Source: an uncultured Acidobacteriota bacterium (GTDB lineage: Bacteria > Acidobacteriota > Thermoanaerobaculia > Gp7-AA8 > CAVUJZ01). Taken from it: a stretch of 64,000 nt of DNA. This document shows positions 20,755-32,052 of this stretch, in pieces. The notes under the pieces were generated by a model. It worked only from the letters and a program-made list of their open reading frames with translations. It was not told where the DNA came from and did no database searches. A program made the position numbers and the translations under genes. How positions within the stretch are numbered: the first letter of the stretch is position 1; the number at the start of each line of letters is the position of its first letter. The stretch lies in NCBI GenBank assembly GCA_963741905.1, contig CAVUJZ010000027.1:15769-79768 (forward strand). The letters are read 5' to 3'.

Positions 20755-20958
20755 GGGACGCAGTCTGATTCTCGGGAGAACAGGGATCCAGGCGAGGCTG
20801 GTGGACCCGCAGAAATCATCTACACGGCAAGCGCGAAGCGCGCGCCGTGAACCGGATTCTGGCTGCACAACGCCGGCGCGCGCTTCGCGGTTGCCCGGCG
20901 GCGAGTCGGGCGCATCGAGAGTAAGATGGCCTTCTCCCATCAGAAGAAAGGGCCGAAG

Positions 20959-21285
20959 ATGAGAATGAAACCGTGGGTTGCGACAATCGCCGTGATGTCC
21001 CTGATGTCGGTCTCCGGATTTGCCGCGGAGCATCCGGGGCACAAGGTGTTCGAGAAGGCGAAGTGTTACGTCTGTCATGGCCAGGACGCCACCGGAAACA
21101 CCCCGGCGGGCAAGGCGCTCGGAGCGCGGGATCTGCACTCGGCTGAAGTTCAGAAGCTCAGCGATGACGAGCTTCGCGCGGTGATCTCGAAAGGCAAGGG
21201 TAAGATGCCTCCATTCGGCGGTTCACTCTCGCCCGAGGAGATCACCCAATTGATCGGCTTCATCCGGACCCTGGCGAAGTCGTGA
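20959..21285 (+). CDS. Monoheme class I cytochrome c (c6-like)
   Basis: Signal peptide, CYVCH, GKGKMPPF distal Met. Confidence 0.92.
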   Translation: MRMKPWVATIAVMSLMSVSGFAAEHPGHKVFEKAKCYVCHGQDATGNTPAGKALGARDLHSAEVQKLSDDELRAVISKGKGKMPPFGGSLSPEEITQLIGFIRTLAKS

Positions 21286-21286
21286 G

Positions 21287-22171
21287 TCACCGCGACGGGC
21301 CGGGATTCTGCCAGACGCCGAGGAGAAACTCCTCGATGATCCTGTTGTGCTCTTTCGGATGACTGATGTAGGGAATGTGCCCCGCACCGTCGATCTCGTG
21401 GTACTCGGCATTCGGGATGAGGTCGGCGAGCTCCCGTCCCTGCTGCAGTGGAACCAGCCGATCCGCGGTTCCGTGGATGACGAGGGTGGGCACCCGGATG
21501 GCGGGTAGCTGATCGCGGAGGTCGACCTCCGCGATCGCCAGCAGACGGCTCGCACGCTCTTCCACGCTGGTCATCAGCGCTTCCCGCACCAGTTCCTGAC
21601 GACCCTCGGAATCGCTGCTCTTTCCGATCACGTAGCGGGCGGACAGCGGTGCGATGAGGGGCGCGATCGCTGAGCCGATCGGCTCCAGACGAGGGAGGAA
21701 TCGGGCCAGGGGGAGAAGCGGGTGGAAGAGTCCCGAGTGACGGGCGAAGCCGGCGGTGAGAATCAGACCCGACAGGTCCACCGAATGGGAGGTGGCGACC
21801 CGGATGGCGACCACGCTCCCGAACGAGGTACCGAGCAGGACCGGCCGATCGAAGCGGCGGACCACCTCCGCGACGGCGTTCGCGAAGGGTTCGAGGGATC
21901 CCCCTGGATAGCTGTCGACGGGGCTGCTCAGCAGACGGAAATCGGCTTCGCCCGCGAGCGGCCGGAAGCGGGCGAAAGACTGCCCCGTGGCGGACATCCC
22001 CGGGATGCAGACCACCGTCCGATGCGAATCGATCAGCCCGTCGTGGAAACGGAAACATCGAAGCGGAATCGACGCCGTCTCCAGATCCTCGTAGGGAAGG
22101 TCGAATCCGTCGATCGGCGAGGGGTCCGGCAGTCGAAGTGGCCCCTGAGGGCCGGAGCGCGAATCAGACAT
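21287..22171 (-). CDS. Alpha/beta-fold hydrolase; start approximate
   Basis: GTSFG nucleophile elbow, PTLVIHGTADRLVP, GAGH. Confidence 0.85.
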   Translation of the reverse strand: MSDSRSGPQGPLRLPDPSPIDGFDLPYEDLETASIPLRCFRFHDGLIDSHRTVVCIPGMSATGQSFARFRPLAGEADFRLLSSPVDSYPGGSLEPFANAVAEVVRRFDRPVLLGTSFGSVVAIRVATSHSVDLSGLILTAGFARHSGLFHPLLPLARFLPRLEPIGSAIAPLIAPLSARYVIGKSSDSEGRQELVREALMTSVEERASRLLAIAEVDLRDQLPAIRVPTLVIHGTADRLVPLQQGRELADLIPNAEYHEIDGAGHIPYISHPKEHNRIIEEFLLGVWQNPGPSR

Positions 22172-22316
22172 TTCTGCGGCAGGCATCATACCCGGATCGG
22201 CGAGGTTCCCGAGTCCGGCCATTCCCCTCCGGGATGGGACTTGCGGCCGACGGGGGGCCGCTCCGCCGGATGTGATGCGGGATTGCGCCACCCGAGCCCG
22301 AACCGTCCCGCCACGT

Positions 22317-22799
22317 TCAGGTCAGGGTCAGATCGGCGACGGCGGAAACCTCGATGGTCGGCTCGACGATGACCTCCGCACGGATCGAGTTCGAGATCAG
22401 GCACTTCTCGTGAGCATCGTGAATTGCCCGGGTGGCCGCCTCGATCGCATTTTCCTCTGCAACGATGATCCGCGGGCGGAGGACCACCCGGGTGAACTGG
22501 TATCCATCGCCGGTGAATTCGAGCGTCCCTTCCGCATCGCTGATGTACATCTCCAGGGGAATCTCGAGCCTGAGCGCAAAGGCGAGAAAGGTGGTCATGG
22601 TGCAGGAGTTGACCGCGGCCACGAAGAGGTCCTCCGGTGACCAGATCCCCGGTTCCCCCTTGAACTCGGGAGGGGCTGACACGCGGATCTCCGGCTTTCC
22701 GTCGGTGAACAGCGTGCCGGCGCGGTTTCCGCCCCATTGCAGACTGGTGTGGTACTGAAAGCTCTTGTGGCGGATGGTTGGTTTTGCGGACTCACCCAT
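22317..22799 (-). CDS. OsmC-family protein
   Basis: WSPEDLFVAAVNSC, AHEKCLISNSI. Confidence 0.9.
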   Translation of the reverse strand: MGESAKPTIRHKSFQYHTSLQWGGNRAGTLFTDGKPEIRVSAPPEFKGEPGIWSPEDLFVAAVNSCTMTTFLAFALRLEIPLEMYISDAEGTLEFTGDGYQFTRVVLRPRIIVAEENAIEAATRAIHDAHEKCLISNSIRAEVIVEPTIEVSAVADLTLT

Positions 22800-22960
22800 G
22801 GCAGCCTCCTCTGGATCGAAGAAGATCCAGTCTCATCATAGGGGCCGTCAACGAGATCGGCCGTAGTGAGGCTCACCCGGGCGTGTGACCTGCGGCCCGG
22901 AGCTCTTCTGCCGGGTTTGCGCCGGGCATGGCCCGGGGTCCGGCACGCGTTCTCCGGAAG

Positions 22961-23656
22961 TCAGCCCTCGTCCCGCTCGAGCGGGATCCTCTCGACGCGG
23001 TGGCGATCGAGACGAAGCCCGCCCATCGCACTGGTGAGCAGGCGGAGAAGCTCGGGTTGCCGGCTCGTCCCCGTCTTGGCGAAGATCCTCTGAAGATGCG
23101 AGCGTGCGGTGGTGATGCTGACCAGCAGGGTCTTCGCGGCTTCCTGGATGGTGCTTCCGTAGACCAGTTCGATGGCCAGGCGGGTCTCGGCGTTGGTGAG
23201 GTTGTAGAGCGACCGGAGCAGTTCAGGATTGGGAAGAAAGCCGAGCTCGGGATCAGTCAGGAGCAGGGCGGCGCCCAGCGACCGGGACAGCATTCGATCA
23301 CTGAGAGGAAGCACCAGGACCTGCAGGGTTCCTTTCCCGGCCTGTCGTGGAAGAAGCATCAGCCGCGCCGGCGGCATCTCACCGCTCCACTCGGTCGAGT
23401 CGAGAATGATCGAGCGGAATCGGTCACGGTATTCATCGCGGGCGGGAAGAATGACACCGTCGACCCGGAGCAGCGGATCCCGGAGGGCCAGGACCTCGTC
23501 GGCCGACTCGTTCGAATGACAGATCGTGCGGCGGCGGTCGAGCACGATCACTCCTGCACGCAACTGGTCGAGAGTTCCGGTCAGGGCCAGCAGATTCGCC
23601 GCGGCCGGTCCCTCGCCGTCGGGCTTCTGTCCTGCAATCTCCGACATCAGCTCCAA
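22961..23656 (-). CDS. PAS + LuxR-type HTH transcriptional regulator
   Basis: LTNAETRLA...SITTARSHLQRIFAKTGTSRQ. Confidence 0.85.
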   Translation of the reverse strand: MELMSEIAGQKPDGEGPAAANLLALTGTLDQLRAGVIVLDRRRTICHSNESADEVLALRDPLLRVDGVILPARDEYRDRFRSIILDSTEWSGEMPPARLMLLPRQAGKGTLQVLVLPLSDRMLSRSLGAALLLTDPELGFLPNPELLRSLYNLTNAETRLAIELVYGSTIQEAAKTLLVSITTARSHLQRIFAKTGTSRQPELLRLLTSAMGGLRLDRHRVERIPLERDEG

Positions 23657-23901
23657 TTATCGCACCGGATGGGCGGCAGGGAATTTCGCGGCCTGCAAAT
23701 CCTGCCCTTTCTCATTCATTTGGATGAGGTTCTCGCGGCGCCGTTTCATCGATTTGAAGGACGCGAAACCGCGGGATTCCCCCTACTCTATAGGTGAGTA
23801 TCCCGGTGCGACAGCCCGGGGGCTCGTGGGTTCGAAGGGCGCGTCGTTCGCAGGCTTGAACGGCGCGCAATCCTCTCCTCCGCAAGAGGCTTCGACAGGA
23901 C

Positions 23902-23934
23902 GGACGGCGGCTCCCCCAGCCGCCGTCCTTTTTT
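23902..23934 (+). terminator. Intrinsic terminator upstream of the paaK-like gene
   Basis: GGACGGCGGCT-CCCCC-AGCCGCCGTCC-TTTTTT. Confidence 0.75.
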
Positions 23935-23995
23935 CCTTCAGGAATGCCAGTCGCTGATGAGATAAGCTCCCATCGATTCAGGCAGGATTGCGCTG

Positions 23996-25336
23996 ATGAA
24001 CGGGAATGAATCGAGCGACCACCCCCGGGGCAGGCTCTGGCCTCTCTGGAAAACCCTGATCGGGTGGCATCACCGCCGCGGCCTCCGCCGCACTCTTGCT
24101 CACGCCCGGCGACACAGCCCGTTCTACCGCACTCGAATCGGCCTCGATGTGGGCACTCTCGCCGATCTGCGTCGGACGCGGTTTTTCACCACTGCAGCGG
24201 ATCTGACCGATCCGGCGAATTCGTTTCTGGCGGTGCCCGAACAGGAGGTTTTCAAGCTCTGGCTTTCCAGTGCGACGACCGATCATCGGAAGACCATCGC
24301 CTTCACCCGCCGGGACTGGGTGCAGGTGACCCGGACGGTCGCCTTCTCCATGTGGTCCAGCGGGATCGGGAAAGGTGACGTCGCGCTGGTCCTCTACGAC
24401 CTCGGAACTCCATCCTGGGTCACCGGGCAGGTCCTGGTCGCGGCGCTGGAGCGGCGAGGCATCTGTGCGATCGCCGGCAAGGCTCTGTCTCCCAGGGAGA
24501 TCTTCGATCTCATCCGATCGATGCGGGTCGACGCGATCTTCTCGACTCCCAGTATGCTCCGTCACCTCATGTACAGCGAGGAGGGTGATCTTCGGCATCT
24601 CGGGATCCGGAGCATCTTCCTCGGAGGCGAGCCCTGGGGCGAATCCTTCCGCGGGCTGATCCGGGAGCGATGGGGCTGCACTCCGCTCGACACCTACGGG
24701 ATGACCGAGACCGGGGGAGCGACTGCCGCGGAGCTCTGGCCGGGGCGCGGACTCTTCGTCAGCGCCGATCTCCTGGTGGAGGTGATCGATCCGGAGAGTG
24801 GTCAGCCGGTTGGGCCGGGCGAGACGGGAGAGGTTGTGATCACCACCCTGGGCCGGAAGGGCACACCGCTGATCCGCTACCGCACCTCAGACGTCGCGAC
24901 GCTTCTCGAGAGCTTCGACGGGGCAACCGGCCCGGCGCTTCGGATCAGCCGGATCATCGGCCGAAATGACGACACGGTGATCGTCGGGATGGCCGCGCTG
25001 CTGAATCCGGACGATCTCGAGCGGGTGCTCGATGCGTCTGGCTCACTCGGGCTGTTCCAACTGGTGGTGGAGGATGCGAGCGGAGCCGATCGCCTCCGCC
25101 TTCGGGTGGAATCCGCACAGCCTTCGGACGAACTCCGGCAGAGGCTTCGCAGCGATGTCCTCGAAAGCCTGATCGATCTCCGGTACGACCTCGAGGTGAC
25201 TCACGGCATCCGTGCTCTGGAGATCGAGTGGCTTCCGCCCGGGACGCTCCAGCGGGAGAATCCGGTCAAACTGCGGCGGGTCATCGATCGCCGCGATCGG
25301 AGCCGGCTGGTGGAAGACGCCGCCGTCCTGGTCTGA
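23996..25336 (+). CDS. Phenylacetate-CoA ligase-like adenylate-forming enzyme
   Basis: SSATT P-loop variant, GGEPW, DTYGMTE, PLIRYRTSD, IIGRNDD. Confidence 0.85.
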   Translation: MNGNESSDHPRGRLWPLWKTLIGWHHRRGLRRTLAHARRHSPFYRTRIGLDVGTLADLRRTRFFTTAADLTDPANSFLAVPEQEVFKLWLSSATTDHRKTIAFTRRDWVQVTRTVAFSMWSSGIGKGDVALVLYDLGTPSWVTGQVLVAALERRGICAIAGKALSPREIFDLIRSMRVDAIFSTPSMLRHLMYSEEGDLRHLGIRSIFLGGEPWGESFRGLIRERWGCTPLDTYGMTETGGATAAELWPGRGLFVSADLLVEVIDPESGQPVGPGETGEVVITTLGRKGTPLIRYRTSDVATLLESFDGATGPALRISRIIGRNDDTVIVGMAALLNPDDLERVLDASGSLGLFQLVVEDASGADRLRLRVESAQPSDELRQRLRSDVLESLIDLRYDLEVTHGIRALEIEWLPPGTLQRENPVKLRRVIDRRDRSRLVEDAAVLV

Positions 25337-25354
25337 TCGGCGACGTCTCCCTGG

Positions 25355-26302
25355 TTAGAGCGCGCTTTCGTCGTCCGAGCCTTCTTCCATCCCCTCGAAG
25401 AGGAACGTCGAGAGATAGCGTTCGCCGGTGTCTGGCAGCATCGCCAGCAGCACCGATCCCTTCGGCGCTCTTTCGGCGACCTTGACCGCTGCCAGAAATG
25501 TCGCTCCCGCCGAGACGCCACAGAAGATGCCTTCCTTCTGTGCGAGCTGACGGGCCATGTCACGCGACTCGACCTCGTTGACCTTGACGATCTGATCGGC
25601 GATGTCGGGATTCAGGACCCCCGGGACGAAGTCCGGGACCCAGCCCTGGATCTTGTGCGGGTTGAACGGTTCACCCGAGACCAGCGCCGCATTCTCCGGT
25701 TCGGCCAGGACCACGTGGAGGTCCGGACGCGCCTTCTTCAACATCTCTCCCGCGCCGGTGATGGTGCCGCCGGTTCCCCATCCGGAGACGAAATAGTCCA
25801 GACGGCGGCGGGAAAAGTCCTGCAGAATTTCCGGCCCAGTGGTGCTGCGATGGAAGGCGGGATTGGCCGGATTTTCGAACTGCTGAGGCATGAACCACCC
25901 CTGGCGCCTGGCCAGCTCCTCGGCTTTGCGCACCATTCCGGTCCCTTTTTCCGCGGCGGGGGTGAGGATCACCTTCGCCCCGAACGCCCGCATCAGCTTC
26001 CGCCGCTCGATGGAGAAGGAATCGGCCATCACCGCGACGAACCGGTAGCCTTTGACCGCACAGACCATCGCCAGCGCGATTCCCGTATTGCCGGAGGTGG
26101 GCTCGACCACGGTCATTCCCGGTTTGAGCACGCCGCTTCGTTCCGCATTCTCGATGAGCGCGATTGCCAGACGGTCCTTGACCGAGCTCATTGGATTGAA
26201 CGCTTCACATTTGACGAACATCTCGACGTGGTCCGGCCCGAGATGGTGAATCCGGATGACGGGGGTATTTCCGATCGTGTCGAGTATGGAATCGTAAATC
26301 AT
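25355..26302 (-). CDS. cysK: Cysteine synthase A
   Basis: FNPMSSVKDR, EPTSGNTG, GTGGT, PHKIQG, PDTGERYLST; RBS AGGAGG. Confidence 0.95.
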   Translation of the reverse strand: MIYDSILDTIGNTPVIRIHHLGPDHVEMFVKCEAFNPMSSVKDRLAIALIENAERSGVLKPGMTVVEPTSGNTGIALAMVCAVKGYRFVAVMADSFSIERRKLMRAFGAKVILTPAAEKGTGMVRKAEELARRQGWFMPQQFENPANPAFHRSTTGPEILQDFSRRRLDYFVSGWGTGGTITGAGEMLKKARPDLHVVLAEPENAALVSGEPFNPHKIQGWVPDFVPGVLNPDIADQIVKVNEVESRDMARQLAQKEGIFCGVSAGATFLAAVKVAERAPKGSVLLAMLPDTGERYLSTFLFEGMEEGSDDESAL

Positions 26303-26543
26303 GAATGACCCTCCTGCTGTGGGTTGAAAACTCGCGCTTCCGGGCTGCACCAGGAGCAGCACCGGGTCTCGTATCACTCTACGGATCCAGAGCCTCCGAT
26401 GTTACACCCCTCGACCCTGGCTGCACTCCTTCCCGTCGTCTGCATCACGGCTTGCCGGTGACGGATCGCACTGCCGGGCCTCCGTCCGGATTCGACATTA
26501 CGAGTGTGCAATGGAATGCCGACGAGGTCTCACGAGAGGTGGA

Positions 26544-26975
26544 ATGGTGAAAAGGACGTGGATCTGTCTGTTCGCACTGCTGGCAGGGATCGGGATCGCA
26601 ATCTCCGTGTTTGCGGCGGATGACGTGCTGGTGATCACCGGAACGCTCAAGTGGTACGACAACACGGTGGCACCAGATCAGAGTTTCGACGTGGTGAAGA
26701 TGGACGAACGGGGGGCGGAGATCATCATTCTCCGGAGCGGGAAGCCGCTTCCGCCGCCCGGCCACGGAAAGAGCGGATCCGATGGCCGCTTCCGGGTCGA
26801 GGTAGCGAAAAACCAGTTCGGCAGTGACGTCATCCGGGTGGGAGTCAAGCTTCCCGGAGAACCGCCCCGGTACGCCCGGTATCGGGACGGCAGGGTCGCG
26901 GTGATCGAGGCTCCGATCTCGGACGATTCTCTCGAGCTTCCGGCGGGACAGACCCTTTACGTCAAGAAGCGGTAG
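26544..26975 (+). CDS. Secreted hypothetical protein
   Basis: Signal peptide ending VFA-A; beta-rich; RBS GAGG. Confidence 0.65.
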   Translation: MVKRTWICLFALLAGIGIAISVFAADDVLVITGTLKWYDNTVAPDQSFDVVKMDERGAEIIILRSGKPLPPPGHGKSGSDGRFRVEVAKNQFGSDVIRVGVKLPGEPPRYARYRDGRVAVIEAPISDDSLELPAGQTLYVKKR

Positions 26976-27003
26976 GGTTGAGGAAGACGCGGTGTCGGAG
27001 AGC

Positions 27004-29470
27004 TCAACTGCTGATTGACGGCTGAGAAGTGGCGCTGTCGCCGGAACCGCAGATCAGCTGGTAGACCCCCAGCACGTCATCGTGGACGTCGTCGAGATCT
27101 TTGCGCATTCTCGCGAGGATGTCCTGAAATTCCGGTCGGTCCTGCAGGGGCGCGAACCAGGGATGTTTGACCAGGAAATACCAGCTGTGGTTGCCCAGCC
27201 GGGCGGCTCGGTCCAGCCATCGCAGCGCCGCATCCTGGTCTCCTAGCCTGGACTCGGTCAGGGCGACCCGCAACGCTGCCCAATGATTGCCCCGGGCCTC
27301 CGGAATGACCGAGGCAATGCTTTTCTCGGCCCGATCACGATCTCCCTGGGCCGCGGCGATCATCCCGCCGAGGGTGCGTCCGCTGTAGTGCCGCGGTGCA
27401 ATCCGGCTCGCCTCACGCGTCTCGACTTCGGCGGAGGAGAGGTCACCCCGAACCAGGAAGGAGAGCGCACGAATGTCGTGAGCAGCGAGCTGGGTCTGCT
27501 CGCTCTTCATGGCCGCGGCCGCACTCTGGATTGCCGCATCGGGATCGACGGCGTTGACGTACCAGTAGCCGCGGGTGCGGGCGTCGGGCGAGCTCGGATC
27601 GAGTGCGACCAGCCGGTCGATGATGCATTCGGCGCGCTGAAGATCCCCGGTGGCCACGAAATACGAGGCCATGGTGGCCAGGGCCTCTGGAAGGTTCGGA
27701 TCGATCCGGAGCGCGGCGAGATTTTCCCGCACCGATTCGCGGAAGTGGTCGGGCTGGCGGATCAGAGTCCGCCCGAGTGCCAGGTGCGCCTGCGCGAGGT
27801 TCGGATCGATTCGCACGGCCTGCCTGGCGTACCAGTCTGCCGGGTGCTCCGACTGGTCCTCGCGCAGAAGGCCCCGGACCTGGCCGAGTGAAAGCGCAAT
27901 TCCGAGGTCGGCATACGCGGCCGCGAACTGTGGATCCAGCTCGATGGCGCGCTGGAGCGCGCTGATCTGCTCCCGGAAATCCTCCGGCCGCAGGCTTCCC
28001 ATCTTCGACCGCGCGCGGAGGTAGGCCTCGTAGGCCGGCGGGCTCGAGGTCCTCGGTTCCGATCGGCGCGTCGCCGGGCTCTCGGCCAGCCGGCGGCGGA
28101 GCGCCGTCGTCGTCTCGCCCGAGACCCGGTCCATCAGCCGGATCAGGTTCCCTCGCTCCCCGTCGATGGTCTTCGCCCAGACGCCGTAGCCGGTCCGCGC
28201 GTCGGTCAGTTGCAGGCTGATCCGGACCTTCTGGCCTTCGGTCAGGAAGTTTCCCTCCAGCACGCCGTCAACCTCCAGCTCGTCACCCACCGCACGGGCA
28301 CTCGCCTCCTGGTCCTTGTAGGCGAGGATCGCGGAGGTGGGCCGGATGCGCAGGTCGGGAATCTGCTGGAGGTGGGTCACCAGCGCGTCCGCCAGCCCGA
28401 CGGAGAGGAATTCGTCGCCGGAGGCACCGGAGAAATTCTTGAAGGGAAGCACCGCGAGTGAGCGGATTGGCGTCTGCTCGACCGAAGGTCCGCTTGTGGT
28501 TCGATCGCGAACGACGAGCATCCAGGCGGCGGTGAGCAGAACCGCGGTCACCGCCAGAGTCGAGCAGCACCACACCGACCCGTGAGCGGCGGGTGGTCCT
28601 CGGCAGCCGCCGGCTGACCAGGGTCGAGCGCAGTGAGTGGGGCTCTGCCGAAGCCGACGTGGTCGCGATCGATCGGAGGTCCGCCAGCAGGTGTCCCGCG
28701 CTGGGGTAGCGGTCATCCGGATTCTTCTGGAGCAGACGTCCGATGACACGGCGCATCCCCGGCGCCAGATCCGGCCACAACGGCTCGAAGGGCTCCGGCT
28801 CTTCCTTCCGGATCTTCTGGAGAACCTCGAGCGGATTGTCCGCCCGGAAAGGAAGGTGTCCCGTGGCCATCTCGTAGAAGACGATTCCGGCCGAGAAGAG
28901 ATCGCTGCGGGTCCCGGAAGGCTTCCCGTTGGCCTGTTCGGGGGAAAAGTAGGGAATGGTTCCGAAAAGCTTTCCCGCGGTCTTTGTGTTCGATCCGGTG
29001 CTGCCCTCGGAGGTGTCGAACGCGCGGGCGAGACCGAAATCGAGAAGCTTCACCGTCCCGTCCGCCTCGACGATGATGTTCGAGCTCTTCACGTCGCGAT
29101 GAATGATTCCGGCCCGATGGGCGGCATCGAGACCCGCGGTGATCTGAACGGCGATGTCCACGCAGCTTTTTTCATTCAACTCCCCCGCGATGATCAGCTC
29201 GGACAGTGACTCGCCCTCGCAGTACTCCATCGCAATCCACGGCTCACCATCCTCTGAACGGCCCACCTGATAGATGGTTGCGACGTTCGGATGCCGGATC
29301 GCCGCGGCGGCCCGGGCCTCCTCGATCAGCCGGCTGGCATCCCCGGAGGATTCCTCCGACAGGACTTTCAGCGCCACCTTTCGCCCCAGCTCGAGATCCT
29401 CGGCCAGGTACACTGATCCCATGCCCCCTTTGCCCAGAAGGTGTTCGATCCTGAATCGACGACTGTCCAC
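27004..29470 (-). CDS. Ser/Thr protein kinase + TM + TolB-like/TPR domain, frameshift near 28562
   Basis: GKGGMG, VALK, HRDVKSSN, DFGLAR in one frame; SLAVLPFKNFSG and TPR repeats in the other. Confidence 0.88.
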
Positions 29471-29791
29471 GCGATGGCTCCAATGACCACCCCGACGAGG
29501 TGCGACCCTGGTTCGAACCCGAACCGGGTGCGCCTCCTCCGGTGATCTGCTGCGTGCTCATTCTCCGGCAACCGTGGTTCCGGAGCAAACCGGGACGTCG
29601 GATGGCCGAAAAAGCTCCTGTCGGAGCGCACAATTTCGCGGTGTCGAGCCCGGAGTCGCGAATCGAGGTGACGGGCACCACCTGGTCCGGATCCTCTGCT
29701 AAGATGCGCGGGCGTCGAGAGCAGGGGGGCCTGCGGGCTCTTCCACCCCTGCCGTCAGGTCATCGATTACGTCCATCCGGGAGGAGTTCCA

Positions 29792-30973
29792 GTGTCGAAG
29801 CCGGTGAGGCTCCGTCCGTTTCCAGCGCCCCGCGGTCCGCGGGTTCATGCCCTCGCCCGTATCGGGGCCATCATCCTGCTGTTGTTCATCTTTCTGCTCG
29901 GGGTGAAAGGGCTGGGCGATGGCTTCAAACTTCTCGGCCGCGATCTGCTCGACGCCTTTTTCCGGGCGACGGAAAACCCGTTCATGGGGCTGATGGTCGG
30001 GATTCTCGCCACCAGCCTGGTCCAGAGCTCCTCGGTGACCACTTCGATGATCGTCGGTTTCGTCGCCGCTCCCGACAACCCACTCCCCATCGCCAACGCG
30101 ATTCCGATGATCATGGGCGCGAACATCGGCACGACCGTCACCAATACGCTCGTCTCGCTGGCTCATATCGGGAGAAAAGAGGAGTTTCGGCGGGCATTCG
30201 CCGCGGCCACCTGCCACGACTTTTTCAATTACATGACCGTGGCGATCCTCCTGCCGCTCGAACTGGCCACCGGCTATCTTCGCAAGTCCGCCCATATGCT
30301 CGCGGTCTTTCTGGTGGAGATGGGGACCGGCGGGGTGAAGTACGAAAGTCCGATCAAGGGTGCGCTTCACGCCGGGTTCACGCCGTTCAACTCGTTTGCC
30401 GCGTGGCTGTTCGACTCCGATCATGGACGTGCGGCGGTGCTGATTCTGATCAGCGGTGTCCTGATCTTCATTTCCCTTCTGCTCCTCGTCCGAGTGCTGC
30501 GTGGAATGCTGCAGAACCGGGTGGAGAGCGGGCTGATGCGGGTCCTCGAAAAGGTCGGCGCGCTCTCGATCCTCGTCGGCGTGGCGGTGACGGTGATGGT
30601 GCAATCGAGCTCGATCACCACCTCGCTGCTGGTTCCTCTGGCCGGGGCGGGGGTCATCACCCTCGAGCAGGTCTTCCCGATCACCATCGGAGCGAACATC
30701 GGGACCACGGTGACGGCGCTTCTGGCCTCCCTGGCTCTGAGCGGCGAGAATGCTCTGGCCGGAATCACCATTGCGCTGGTCCACTTTCTGTTCAATCTTT
30801 CCGGGACGATTCTGATCTATCCGATTCCGGCCATCCGGAACATTCCTCTGATGGCGGCCCGGGGCATCGCCCGCGTGGCGATTCGCTCCCGGGCCTGGGC
30901 CATCGGATACGTGTTCATTCTCTTCTACGGCATTCCTGCCGTGGCGGCATTGATCGATCTGAGCTGGAGCTGA
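29792..30973 (+). CDS. Na+/Pi cotransporter (NptA/YjbB family)
   Basis: Duplicated VQSSS...GANIGTTVT motifs. Confidence 0.93.
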   Translation: MSKPVRLRPFPAPRGPRVHALARIGAIILLLFIFLLGVKGLGDGFKLLGRDLLDAFFRATENPFMGLMVGILATSLVQSSSVTTSMIVGFVAAPDNPLPIANAIPMIMGANIGTTVTNTLVSLAHIGRKEEFRRAFAAATCHDFFNYMTVAILLPLELATGYLRKSAHMLAVFLVEMGTGGVKYESPIKGALHAGFTPFNSFAAWLFDSDHGRAAVLILISGVLIFISLLLLVRVLRGMLQNRVESGLMRVLEKVGALSILVGVAVTVMVQSSSITTSLLVPLAGAGVITLEQVFPITIGANIGTTVTALLASLALSGENALAGITIALVHFLFNLSGTILIYPIPAIRNIPLMAARGIARVAIRSRAWAIGYVFILFYGIPAVAALIDLSWS

Positions 30974-30974
30974 C

Positions 30975-31667
30975 ATGTTACGAGCACTGATCAACCTGTT
31001 TCGCGGAGACGACCCCCTCGGAGAGATGGGTCAGGATTTCGGGCGGATGCTGGAGTCGACGTACGAGATGACTCTTTACGCCGGGGAGATCTTTTTCACC
31101 GGCCGCGCCACCGCCGAGGAGCGGACGGCACTCTACAAAACCGACGTCAAGGTCAACCAGCTCGAGCGGAAGATCCGCAAACGGGTGGTGGCTCACCTCT
31201 CCCTGCCCGGCAACCAGTATCACGTCCCCTACGGTCTGGCTCTGATGAGTCTGATCAAGGACGTCGAACGTCTGGGCGACTACGCCAAGAACCTCGCGGA
31301 GGTCATCGAGATCCATCCCGGCGACCTGCCCGACGATGATGTGGTCAGCGAGCTCCGGGAGATCCGGGTGGCCGTGGAGAATGACTTCCAGGCAGCCATC
31401 GGGATCTTCGGCGCCTCCGATACCGATCGAGCCGTCGCATTGATCCAGCAGCAGCGGAATCTCGCCCGTCGATGCGACAACATCCTCCATGCGATCGCCC
31501 GCGGGGATTACGATCCCGCGACCACCACCGCGCTGGTGCTGGGCGCGCGCTACTACAAGCGGATCAGCGGCCACGTTCTCAATGTCCTCACCGCAGTGGT
31601 CATGCCGCTGCACAAGATGGACTACTACGACGAGGACGAGATCCCCGAGGACGAAGATGCCGACTAG
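30975..31667 (+). CDS. PhoU-domain protein
   Basis: DVKVNQLERKIR, KDVERLGDYAKN, RYYKRISGH; coupled to the Na/Pi transporter. Confidence 0.85.
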   Translation: MLRALINLFRGDDPLGEMGQDFGRMLESTYEMTLYAGEIFFTGRATAEERTALYKTDVKVNQLERKIRKRVVAHLSLPGNQYHVPYGLALMSLIKDVERLGDYAKNLAEVIEIHPGDLPDDDVVSELREIRVAVENDFQAAIGIFGASDTDRAVALIQQQRNLARRCDNILHAIARGDYDPATTTALVLGARYYKRISGHVLNVLTAVVMPLHKMDYYDEDEIPEDEDAD

Positions 31668-32052
31668 CGAGGCCGGCGCGGGTGTCGCGCTCTCGACCCT
31701 GACGAAGGCAAGATCCGTCGCGACCACGGATGGGCTTCACCCGGATTTTCACGCTCGGACGCGGCCGCGGACTCTTTCCTGGGGGTCGGACGTCCCGTCC
31801 GATCCCGGGCTTGCCGCGCCGTAGCGTTGCGGAGGCGGGGGGCGTCCTCGCCCCCGAGGGCCCGCTCCACTTGCGAAAAAGGTTCGGTCGCCGATTCCGC
31901 GGCCGCCATGGGAGCAGAGACGAATCCCGGCTGCCATTCGAAACGCCAGCGCACGATTCGAAGGTGCGAACCGTCCCGTGAAGGATCTCGCCTTCTCAGG
32001 GCCGCGAGCGCTCGTCTCCTGGAATCGCCGCACCCGGCCAGTGGGTTGAGGG

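Noticed and set aside
23722-23885. Functional tRNA gene
   Set aside because: No canonical cloverleaf could be drawn by eye; the T-arm is interrupted and there is no clear anticodon arm. Kept only as an ncRNA candidate.
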